From Felis catus (lineage: Eukaryota), in NCBI RefSeq assembly GCF_018350175.1, contig NC_058377.1, forward strand, positions 61,752,001-61,816,000: a DNA stretch of 64,000 nucleotides. Reading direction: 5' to 3'. The notes under the pieces were generated by a model. It was not told the origin of the DNA, did not search any database, and saw only the letters and a program-made list of their open reading frames with translations. Shown in pieces: positions 25,881 to 37,394 of this stretch (position 1 is its first letter; every line of letters begins with the position of its first letter). The translations under genes and the position numbers were made by a program.

Positions 25881-27828
25881 TTTCTCCTGTCTGGAAAAGG
25901 ACTGAGAGACTAAAAACATAATAATTTGACAGTCATAAATTTCTAAGGAAGACATTAAAATAAATGTACAAATCCCAGAAAAAAGGATTTCAGATACAAC
26001 TGTTTTTTTCTGCCACTCCCTTTTTTTTTTCCCCTTGAGGATGAAATGAAATAAGTCATGTAAAACACCAAACACAGAGCAAGGTGCTTAGCATAGGCTC
26101 AATTGATATTCATTTTGTACTTAACACTCATTCAACTTGCAGCAGCTCTGATGTGACTCTGGGTTCATGGACTCTGAGTGGCATGGTCCAACAAATTGAA
26201 CACAGATTCCGTTCTTGGTTGTTTTTTCATATGGGCTGGACATCCTTGCAACCTTGCAACCAGTAACTTTTATCTGTTGTGTCCCATGTTGTGCACCACC
26301 TGCCTTTTCTAGAACTTGTCATCAGTGAAGCAGAGTCTTTCTGAGCTAATTTCCAAATGGTTGCTATTGAACACAGTACGCCAAGAAGGCAACTGCACAA
26401 GTAAAATAGGAATGCTCTATTTTTACGTAGTGAAGTGAATTCACATCAGCAAGTAAATCAATTCCTGATCTAGGGGAAGAAGTTTTATTACGATGATCCC
26501 GACAAAAGGAAAAGGTGCTAGTCAGAAATTATATATAATCAGAGCCTCAAGAGGAAATTAATTCAGAGTAGAACTAGACTTGATTGGTGCTTGGTATGTA
26601 TTCCTTACGTGTGCAAAACCAAGGTAACAAAGGGTAGGTTATATGTGTGCAATTATGTAGGAAGAAAGACAAAGAGGAAACACATGTGTTAGGAGCAGGA
26701 GAAGGCCTGGGCTGTTGAAAAGGGTTTCATGGCAGGCTGTAGGGATGTTTCACGCACATATCGGGTAAGGAGGGATTCAGATAAGGTCTCATTCTTAATG
26801 GTGGCAGGAAGGGTAGTTATAGATTCAATATAAGAAGAGGAAGGAATACATTTGCCAGAGTTCAAGCCTTATACAGGCAACCTGTATAGAGTAAGATTAT
26901 TTCCCTAAAGACTGATGAAATCAGGGCCAAATATAAATGAACTTCTGTCTTCTGCACATTCCCTTGCCCTTGATTGCCAAAGAAGAACTTCCCAGAATCT
27001 CTGTAATTTTGGGTAATATGGAGGCAAGCCAAATGTGCAAATGTGGGACTCTGGCAAATGTTCTGGTGCAATTTACAAGCTATGTAATGTGCCATGTGTG
27101 TGCATCAGGCACATGGATGAGCATACCTTCATATTTAGGAGCACCTGCCACACTTGAAATTTCCTCCTTCTTCCTCCTCCCTTACTGGACTATGAAAACC
27201 ACTATAACCTAGCTTTAAGCACAATGCTTTGAGTAGAGTAGGAGCTTAATAAAATGTTCTTTATTAAATTGAATAATAAACGAGGAGTGGATGATGTTCC
27301 TGTGTCTATTTTTTTTTAATCCTGCATCATTATATATAGATAGTTTACATGTAGAGGTAGAGATAGAAGTCTCTGTATTTGGGGCATCCCACTAAGCTGT
27401 TTGCACACCACTATGTGACAAGAGACTCCCAAAAGTGAATAATCAAAGTCTCCTGTGTACAAGGTCTGCCCGTTCCTTCCCGGGCACATAGTCTGAGTAC
27501 ACTGAGGCCAACCTCATAAGACACCTTTCTCAACTTCCCTAACTTTCCATTGATGAATTTTCTTTTGAATGTAGATATATGAAATGTTGATTTTTAGTGA
27601 ACAATTTTCAATCATTGGGGTGTCCATGTTTTCCTAAGAGCTGCAGGATACCCAAGGAGAGAAAAAAGAGAAAAAAAATACAGAAGAGGAGTCTATAAGG
27701 GGGTTTCTCAAGTTATGGCTGGTTCTTCACCTCCTTGTCATAGCAGCCTACTCAAAACCAATTACAAAAATAATGTATTTTTAATAACCTTGAATTCCAG
27801 CCATAGTTGATTGCATCTGACAAGGAAT

Positions 27829-28040
27829 TTTTTTTTTCTTTTTATTCTTTGAAGGAGAGAAAGAGTGAGCAGAGGAGGGAAAGCAAGAGAGGGAGAGAGG
27901 GAGACAGAGAAAATCCCAAGGAGGTCTGCATTATCAGCGCAGAGCCCAATGTGGGGCTTGAACTCACAAAGCATGAGATCATGACCTGAGCCGAAATCAA
28001 GAGTCAGACACTTAACCAACTGAGCCACGCAGGTGCCCCA
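27829..28040 (-). mobile_element. CanSINE
   Basis: Ends gagccacgcaggtgcccc. Confidence 0.9.
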
Positions 28041-29747
28041 GAACATTTCTTTTGTATCTGGGAAGGAGTTATATAGACATTTAGATCATTAGTGCCAGGA
28101 ACTGAGCCACAACTGAAAATAAAGTCTTTACTATGTATCAGAAGTCCATGGAAGTATCTAGCTAACTGAAGGACTGGTGGTCACTGAGTAACAGGTTCTG
28201 TGCCTTGAGAGCAGTGTTATTAGAGTATCATTGGTGTTTACCAGCTATGGAAACCATGAAATTAGAGCGTAGGGTAATGCCAAAGACAAAACTATGCCAG
28301 GCTGGTTGTCAGCATTATCTTACCCACCCACCCACCCCCCGCCTTGGGGAATAAGGAAGAATAAGATCAAGCATGTGGTAGAAAATACCGTGAAGAGATG
28401 CATTTAGAGAGAGAGAACAACCCAGTATTCTGCAGTACCAGTCAGCAAATTTCTTCTCCTTTATACACAGCCATGGATATGGTTTTACTACCCCAAAGAA
28501 GTTCTCCCATAAAGAATATTCACACATTAAAACATAGTGAGATACACACGTCACCCTGTCGCCTGACAGGGCTCTAGGTGTGACGGACTACTGTCTTCAC
28601 ACTATTCTGGGTACATTAAGGCACTGGTGAGGCTGAACATTGAAATAAAATGCACTCATGTGAATTTAACACAACCTGATACATTATGCAGTAATGTTTT
28701 TAAAAATCTTTAGATAGAACCTTTGAGTATCAGGGTTTGGTGCAGATATCACCTCCACTTCAAACGACATTCTCAACAGTGTCATAGATGTCATTCATCT
28801 AACGTCATATAATGTCATACCTACTGGCTTGAAGGCAGGATGAAGATTATGTCCCTAGCCATTCTTAGAGGGTCTCTGCCTGCCTCTCAGGGGATATGAA
28901 AGCCTGACTGTGGCCAGAGAGGCACGACTGTAAGCTGGAGAGGGGGGCCCAGGCTCATCAATAGCACTGGGAATCACACACAGTGAAGCACCAGTAAGTG
29001 CCAGTTAGAGAGGGACTTAGGGTCAGTCAACCAGCCATGGAGGAGCCAAGCAATCAGTTATTTGTGAGGGCTAGCTGGTGACGCAAGGGCCCCTGAGTGA
29101 CACACGTTGCTCGTCCAGCTCTATGCTTAGGATCGAGTGACTTAGAGGTGAGCCTAAGTGGACAAGATGAGGAGAGACAAGCCTCCAGTAGGAAGAGAAG
29201 GTCGGTGGAACAGATAGGAAAGAAAATGAGTGAAAGACAGGTAGAAGACAAATGAGAGAGGGCCAGAGAGACAGGGGTGAGGGTCAGAAAGGGAACCCAA
29301 GGGGAGGTCTCAAAGGAAACCAGGGTGTTCCCCTGGGACCCTAGTTCAGGGAAATCATTCTTCATCAGTGACTCATCCTTACCTGTCCCCAGGCAGGAGT
29401 CCCCATGCATGCAGGGTTGAGAGGTCTGAGGTGGGGGTACTATCTGAGCCATGAGACAACAGGAATCAATTGCTCAGCCCCTCCCTGGACTTGGAGTCTT
29501 ATCTCTCAGGCACAAGCCTTCTGCTCTCCAACATTCCCCTCCCAAGCTTTGCAAATACTGCCTCCTGCCCCTATAGTGAAAGACCCAGGATACAGTCTCT
29601 AGGAATGGGGCAAGGGGCTATCCCTCAAGGCTCCTTACAGTTCAGATGGAAGAGAAGCTCTGTCACATGCACCTTGCAAAGTCACATAACCCTGAGTCTT
29701 AGTTATTTCACTGTTAGGTAGAATAAAACCATTTTCAACACACAGTG

Positions 29748-30181
29748 TTTTTTTTTTAATTTTTTTAATGTTTATTTATTTTTGAGAGAGAAAGAGAGAA
29801 TGAAAGCAGGGAGGGGCAGAGAGAGAGGGAGACACAGAATCCAAAGCAGGCTCCAGGCTCTGAGCTGTCAGCATGGAGCCCAATGCGGGGCTTGAACTCA
29901 TGAACCCTAAGATCATGACCCAAGCTGAAGTTGGACACTTAACCAACTGAACCATACAGGTGCCCTGATTTTTTTTTAAACATTTATTCATTTTTGAGAG
30001 ACAGAGAGACAGAGCATGAATGAGGAAGGGGCAGAGCGAGAGGGAGACACAAAATCAGAAGTGGAGTCCAGGCTCTGACCTGTCAGCACGGAGCCTGACA
30101 CGGGGCTCAAACTTAGGAACCATGAGATCATGACCTGAGTGGAAGTCAGACACTTAACCGACTAAGCCACCCAGAGGCCCC
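29748..30181 (-). mobile_element. Two tandem CanSINEs (about 29748-29965 and 29969-30181)
   Basis: Two complete bodies, head to tail. Confidence 0.9.
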
Positions 30182-31244
30182 TCGACAGAGGTTTTTGAAG
30201 TTACAATGAAAAAAAATTCTTCTGACATCCTGGTACATCAGAATAGAGACACTGACACACTATATGCATTTAAACATATGTAAGCATTCTGCCATCTTGA
30301 CAAAGACAAGGCATTTCCCAGTCCTTACTCAGCAGTTAGAAAGAAGTCACATTTCCCAAAGTTTTACTTCACCAAGGAGAAACTGCCCCTCTTTCAATTA
30401 CACCTCACAAGTAACCCAAGCTTCACTTGGGCCCTTTGCTCCCAAGGGAGCCCCCAGCTCACTCACAGCTCCCATGGCTCTCCAAAGGGAGGTCTGGAAT
30501 CGCATTGGTACATAATCTGCATGTCCAGAATAGTGGACTAAGCATTACAATTATTGTAAATTTCACGTGTGTAATAAACACAATAAAAACTACAGATGTT
30601 GGGAAAGCTCTTGGCTTTCCAGTTATATCCTGCTCACTTTTTTCAACATGTTCAATGGCAAGAATTTGTTCTTAGCTACATTATTTTCATCAGGGACCAA
30701 AACCAATGATATAAACCTTTTATGAAAACATTCAGGTGAGAAGAAATTGTAAATGACTCATTCCACCAAAGCCTAAGAGAGTCTTTCAGGAGCATTGATC
30801 ATATTATCACTTCCCAAACAATGTGATCCAGGGAGATGAGATTTAGTTGTAAAGAATCTTTTTACCCAGACAGAGCAGAAGATGATAAAGCCAGAAGCAG
30901 TGAAAAACATGTCTGACAGAGGACTCTATGGTTACAATCAGGGAAGACATGAACTCATGTTAACTGATAAATAAAAATACTATTGGTTAAATAGAATTAA
31001 GAATTTAAATATTTCATGAGTAAACTCAAGCAAAGAGAAGAAGCTAAGAATTACAGCTTTGAGGAATTTGGCAGGCAAAAATCTCATGTAAATGGGGCAG
31101 CTACATAATGGGTAGATGTTTCAGTTTAGTTTAAGTTACAAATTCAGGGAGCATAATAATATACGTACCTCAATTCCTGCTTTGTGATTCATACATGACT
31201 GGACACCCAAACCAAAAACTTTCCAAGTTTCCCAAGTTCTTTTT

Positions 31245-31445
31245 CTTTTTAATTTTTAAAAATAATTATTTTAGAGAGAGCAAGAGAGCAGGGGAGAAGG
31301 GCAGAGGGGAGAGAGAGAATCTCAAGCAGGCTCCATGCTCAGTGCAGAGCCCCATATCAGGGCTCGATCCCACGACCTTGGCATCATGATCGGAGCCAAA
31401 ATCAAGAGTCAGACACTCAACTGACTGAGCCACCCAAGTGCCTCA
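31245..31445 (-). mobile_element. CanSINE just 3' of the OR51Q1-like stop codon
   Basis: TSD CCCAAGTTCTTTTT at 31231-31244 and 31446-31459. Confidence 0.9.
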
Positions 31446-31496
31446 CCCAAGTTCTTTTTTATAAGCAATAATACCCAAAACCTACTTCTCAACGCT

Positions 31497-32444
31497 CTAG
31501 TGCAATTGTCTATGAGAAACGAGGTGAAAAATTCTTTGACGGATCTGTTTTGTTTTAATACTATAGATAATAGGGTTCATCACAGGAGGTGCTAGTAGAT
31601 AGATGTTGGCCAGGATGACATGTACAATTGGAGGGGCATGCTTGGCAAAGCGGTGAGTCATGGAAAGTCCCACCAAGGGCACATAGAGGACCAGAACAGC
31701 CAGAATGTGAGACAGACAGTTATTGAGAGCCTGGAAACTTTCACCCTGGGAGCTGATTCTCAAGACACTTCTCAGAATGAGTGCATAGGAGACCACAATG
31801 AGCAGGGGGTCCAATGTAGTAAAGACCAGAGCTATAACAAATCCATACCAATTATTGATAGTGGTATCAGCACACACCAGGCGAATCATGTCTTGATGAA
31901 GGCAGTAGGAGTGGGAGAGATGGTGGGAGCCACAAAATGGAAGCCGTTTCAGTAGGAATAATGCAGGAAGAACAGTCAGAACACAGCGGAAAATGATGGC
32001 TATCCCTATTCTTCTGATGACCCGGTTGGTAAGGATGGAGACATAATGGAGGGGGCGGCAGATGGCCACATAGCGGTCAAAGGACATGGCCAACAACACG
32101 GAAGATTCCATAAAAGAGAATCCATGGAGGAAGAAGAACTGGGCAAAACAAGCCTCAAAGCTGATCTCTGAGGCATTAAACCAGAGGAGTCCCATGACTG
32201 TAGGCAAAGTGGTGAGGGTAAGCCCCAGGTCTGTTAGAGCCAAAATAGAGAGGAACAAGTACATGGGCTCTTGTAGGGAGGGCTCTATCCTGATGACAGC
32301 CAGGATGGTGATATTGCCCACAATGGAGACCGTGTAGAGACAACAGAAGGGGATGGAAATCCAGCCATGGGAAACCTCAAAGCCAGGGATGCCCATGAGG
32401 ATGAAGAAGAAGGGGACTTGAGTGGAGTTAGTAACCCAAAACAT
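31497..32444 (-). CDS. OR51Q1-like olfactory receptor, intact, 315 aa (orthology to human OR51Q1 uncertain)
   Basis: True ATG is at 32444; the track starts at an upstream TTG. Motifs: [77 protein letters not shown], which are characteristic of OR51Q. A minus-strand acceptor CTTTTCACAG ends at 32487. Confidence 0.92.
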   Translation of the reverse strand: MFWVTNSTQVPFFFILMGIPGFEVSHGWISIPFCCLYTVSIVGNITILAVIRIEPSLQEPMYLFLSILALTDLGLTLTTLPTVMGLLWFNASEISFEACFAQFFFLHGFSFMESSVLLAMSFDRYVAICRPLHYVSILTNRVIRRIGIAIIFRCVLTVLPALFLLKRLPFCGSHHLSHSYCLHQDMIRLVCADTTINNWYGFVIALVFTTLDPLLIVVSYALILRSVLRISSQGESFQALNNCLSHILAVLVLYVPLVGLSMTHRFAKHAPPIVHVILANIYLLAPPVMNPIIYSIKTKQIRQRIFHLVSHRQLH

Positions 32445-33282
32445 GACTGGAAGAGGCAGCCTCAAGACCAGAGCTCTTTCCCAAATCTGTGAAAAGTGGA
32501 CAACATAAGGATTGAAATAAATAGTCTATGACTATCCGAAGTCACTCTGTGATAGATCATCAAGTAAGACCTGGGGAAAGAGAGCTATCTGGGCAATGAG
32601 TTTACAAATGTTTTATCAGTTTTGCTTGTTTTAGCTCTTACCTTGCCATCTCTTGTCAACCACTGAGTTGACAGCATGAAGTTCTCATTAGTTTTAACCC
32701 AAAGACTTCTTTATACATCCAGAAGGCAGTTATGCCTTTGCAGCAGAAGGTATAAGGGTACATTTTGGCCATTGGAAAGAATAACTGTGGAGAAGAGATT
32801 ACTGTAGGACACCTTTGGATGGCATGGGGCTAGGAGAAAAAAAGAGAGAGCCGAGACCAGTAAATGTAAAAAAACGATTCCATTATGCTTAGTGACTCTT
32901 TTGAACCAAGTGAACAATAAAGAGAGACCTGAACTGAGGTAACAGAGTGGGGAAAGATAATGCCTGTCTTCAGAGCCTAGGATTCCTGAGACAGAACTTT
33001 TAGAGGCCATATGGTGCAAGGACTCTGTTGGAAAGGACCTTCCATGAGCGAAATGGGTCAAACTTGGGTGCTCAGATATCTGTCAAAAGAACCTATATTA
33101 GAAGACTAGGCCTAGGAAGCACTTTCTTGGAAAGAATACAACAATAATAGTAGGAACATCTCCACAGGAACAGCCTAATAGCATTGGAATAAGGCAAAAT
33201 ACCCTCTTGGTGCATAAAGCAGTTGGATCCATTGGATCAGCCAATAGATTTCTGGGAAGCTGTTTAAGTTCATATTGATGGA

Positions 33283-33867
33283 TGTGAAAGGGAGCAGAAT
33301 CTGCCACCCCAAAATATGTCTGTTTGGCTTAACGATTATCTTGAGTTGATTATTTCTAAGAAACAGCAGACCTAGAACAAAAGCTGAGTAGATGTTACCT
33401 TTCTGATCCTTATGCTGACCAGTAAGAGACATTTGCATTTATAGGGGAGATCTGGAAGAGGAGAAGGAGTAAATCTTTGGAAATTCTTACCAATCTCTTC
33501 TCCACCACTATTCTTTCCAATGGCTATAACACACCGTTACACCTTCCTGCTGTAAAGACATACTGTTATGCATGACAACCATTCCCTTGTTTACTGTGCT
33601 TTTCCTGGGAACTTCCCACTAGAAGCTCTCCCTCCTACCCATCCAGCCCCCAACGTTTTTCTTCATCTTTATCCTAAGAAGGCATTCAAGGTGATGGTTT
33701 GGACCATTTCAAGGAGTTACTCACTTTTATTGGGTATGTCCCAGGTAGACTGGAGGTATATATGTTATTAAAATTTTAATCATTTGTCTCCAATTAATCT
33801 TTTACTATAGGGAGTCCTCAGCCAAAAACCTAGAAAGGTAAAGGAAAATTATTTTTATTCTCTTACA
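33283..33867 (+). mobile_element. MER34-like ERV1 solo LTR
   Basis: gcagaatctgccaccccaaaatatg...ttggc...gattat start and cctagaaaggtaaaggaaaa...ttaca end; similar termini to the copies at 42520 and 44314. Confidence 0.75.
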
Positions 33868-34224
33868 GTGGTTTGGATAAGCTATTTCATCTTTTTGTTG
33901 TTGTTTTGTTTTGTTTGTTTTTAACATTGCTGTATGGTGAACCTTCCTTGTGCTTTCTCTAACTTTGCTCTTGATAAACTCAAAATATCTTGCTCTTTTT
34001 GTCCACCACCAAAAAATGGAAACCATTACTTGGGAATCCTCTTGCGACTGAGGGTGATCATAGGTGTTATCTTATCCACTGGGAAGACTGACAGATTGAG
34101 GAAGCAGAAGAGAATAGGAATGGAGGAAATCCTGGGCTATGGAAACCAGAATCTCTTCCTATTGACCTATCGCTACCCTGCCTCCATAATGGCTTCAGAG
34201 CTCTGGCAGCTTTTTCAACATTCA

Positions 34225-34768
34225 TGATGAGGGAGCATAAGGCAAGCTGAAGGCAAAGTAGAAGCTAACAACAGGTTCCACACACACCCAGGTGGGATGT
34301 GTGTGACATTCCTCAGGCACTCCTGGCTGCCCAAGAACAAAGGAAAGGACAGAAAACAAATGGTTCAACTGATAGAGTCTCCATCAGTTTACAAACATCT
34401 TAGTAAATTACAAGAAAAAGGCAATCTTATCAATAGCCTAATCTCCAGGAACTCCCTACTGTCTTAATGATAATGATTTGCCAGAGGGAGAAAAAAACAA
34501 CAACCTTAGCTTAACAAAAGCTAGGCCTCCAGTAATCTGTGAGTCTTCTTTAGCATATGAAAATCGCTTTGGAAACTTCCCCTTGAATTTATCTCCCCCA
34601 GCTCCATAGTATATAACCAGGCACCCTTCACAACCCCAGTACAGCTTTTTTCTGCCCATAGGTCCTATCCCACGCTTTAATAAAATCACCCTGTGTGCAC
34701 CAAAGACATCTCAAGAATTCTTTCTTGGCTGTTGGCTCTGGACCCCACTATCACTCGGAAAGACATCA
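34225..34768 (+). mobile_element. Solo ERV LTR, 544 bp, well preserved
   Basis: TGATG...CATCA termini, flanks TTCA/TTAA, TATATAA near 34610 and AATAAA near 34679. Confidence 0.85.
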
Positions 34769-35691
34769 TTAAGAGACTCTTTTTTTGGTGCCCTTTCTCC
34801 AGAAGTAACATTACCCATAGAAATTTCCCATCAGCAATCTGTGCCCTGGCACAATACCATAATCTAGTTTTAGCTCATGTCCCTCAAGCTCCAGGAGCCT
34901 CACCCTTCCTTCCTCCAGCTTGGTAGTGACATGTATCTTTATATCCATAAGTCTTCCTGCTCAGCCTCACTTTCTATCCCACCTTTCTGGTAATTCATGG
35001 CCATGTACATCACCTGTGTCTGTTAGCCAGATGCCTTGGTTTTTCCATAGAACTGCTTTCCCTGCTGAGCAGAAGCTCAGCTTTGTATAGACTTCTATAG
35101 GTCCTCCGGGAAAGAAGTAGCCCTTGGGGCTCACAAGAGTCCAAGGTACAGAAGGAAGATTTGTGTGACATAGTATGCTGTGGACCACACCTAGTTAAGG
35201 GACATGAGATGCATACACATTTCAAGCTGATTTTCCAAGAACAACCTGAGCAAACTCAAGACCAAACCGAACCAATCAAATAAACAAAAAGCTCTGTGTA
35301 GTTTCTCTAGAGATACCTGACAGAGAATTTCTGAGATTCTTTTGACAGAAATTATTGGGAGGAAATTCTTTTTATGAAGTATTTACCAAATGAAACACTG
35401 GAGCAGGAACTTTGCAGCACTCGTCTCCATTACACACTGTGGTGGGGTTTTTTTGTTTTTATTTGTTTTGTTTTGTTTTGTTTTTTGTTGTTGTTTACCG
35501 TTGATCATAAAGATAAATAAACTTAGAGCCAGAAAAGTGCAATGATAAAAGATGGAATTAAGGATGAGATAATTTAATTTATTCTCTACCAGAACAATAT
35601 TAGTATTTTTCTTTACAAAATATTTTCAAAATTTTTATATCCTTTTCCCCATTATGCTCAGTAATCCTTCCTTTTTTTAAAAGAAGCACAT

Positions 35692-35912
35692 GGGGCGCCT
35701 GGGTGGCTCAGTGGGTTAAGCGTCCGACTTCGACTCAGGTCACGATCTCGCGGTCCATGAGTTCGAGCCCCAGGTCGGGCTCTGGGCTGACGGCTCAGAG
35801 CCTGGAGCCTGCTTCCGATTCTGTGTCTCCCTCTCTCTCTGCCCCTCCCCTGTTCATGTTCTGTCTCTCTCTGTCTCAAAAATAAATAAACGTTAAAAAA
35901 ACATTAAAAAAA
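35692..35912 (+). mobile_element. Felid SINEC with TSD
   Basis: TSD TAAAAGAAGCACA at 35678-35690 and 35913-35925. Confidence 0.95.
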
Positions 35913-36799
35913 TAAAAGAAGCACAAATATTGCATTTTCCTCCCTAAGTGGTTGTAAGTTAAGCTATTTGGATTCAAACCCTAATTTTAATACTCACGAA
36001 TTGTGTGACTCTGGTCTGGTGACTTAAACTTTCTTTGTACTTTTAGTACGTCAAGGATAATAATCCTGTTTGGGAAAGTGCTGAAGACACTTCTTGGTAC
36101 TTATCAAGGCCTAAATAATCATTAGCTATAAATACTAATTGTACTAATAGCAGACTGCTATAATAGTCATTGTTATATTATTACTATTATTATTACTAAT
36201 ATTATTATCATTAACATTATTATTAGTCTCCCTACTTTCAAGGATGCAGTTATTTTAACTATTTTCTTCAATCTGTCCTTTTTCCTAATCTGCAGGCATG
36301 GCACCAAGATCTTGATAAGAAAATTAGATTATTAGGAATGTGTTCTTGTTAGCAACTTAAACGTTGTTCGAGGATCCTCATGTTTGTTCTCAGAAATGTT
36401 GGCAAACCTATCTTATTTAACTCTTTAATGCCAGGAACATTGTTGTATCTTGGTAACGCATAAACCAAAATGACACACTTTTCCCAGAAAGAGTAGACAA
36501 AACACTAAGGCGTAAGAAGGAAGCCAAAGGAAATGTGTTATCAGTACTTTTAAGCAAAGGGAGCAAAGAAAGATGAGATATATATTTTTAATGATATTTC
36601 AAATCCATAGTATTACTTCAAAATAAGCTCTCTCCCAACAGATACTACGAAAGACTGAAAAATACACATTTTGACTAGTATGCCATTGACTTGCATTTTA
36701 GAAAAGAGGTGAGCTCTGACACTAAACCTCTTTATTCAAATTCGGACTCTCATCCACCAGCTAGAGATCTTGAGCTATTTAGTGAAACACACTGTCCTT

Positions 36800-37359
36800 C
36801 CACACCCCAACTCTCAAGTGTTTCCCAAACTGTTGAAGAATTTTACTCTTCCACAAGCAACATCTGGGAGTTCCAAGTGTTCCACATCCATAACAACATA
36901 TGGTACTATCTGTTGTCTTAACTGTAGTCATCCTGGTGTCTAGAAGTCATTTTATGGTGGTTTAAATTGGCGTTTCCTTAATGACTAATAATTTGATCAT
37001 CTTTTCATATGCTTCTTAGACATTAGCATATCTTCTGTGAAAATACTTACATTAAAAGTTTGCCTGCTTTCATTGGACTGTCTTCTCATTATTGAGGTAT
37101 AAGAATTCTGTATTCAATCTGGATCCAAGCCTTTTTCAAATGTACATAATTTTTTTTTTTCAATCTCTGGATTGACTTTATTTCCTTAACAGAGTCTTGT
37201 GAAGGGCAGACTTTGTTAATTTTAATGAAGTTTAATTTATTAATTCATTTTTTTTCTTAAAATAGATCATAAAGATTTTTTTCCTATATTTTCTCCTCGA
37301 TGTTTTACAGTTTGGATATATTTTTATTATGTACACCTAGGTCTTTGCTGTGTTAAATG

Positions 37360-37394
<35 letters not shown>

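Noticed and set aside
31620-32337. Antisense ORFs within OR genes (also 25128-25484 and 54854-55193)
   Set aside because: Shadow ORFs of the real coding strand.
35658-35885. Recurrent short ORFs (RETEHERGRGRERGRHR; MAQWVKRPTS) suggesting a repeated peptide family
   Set aside because: They are translations of CanSINE consensus sequence, not genes.
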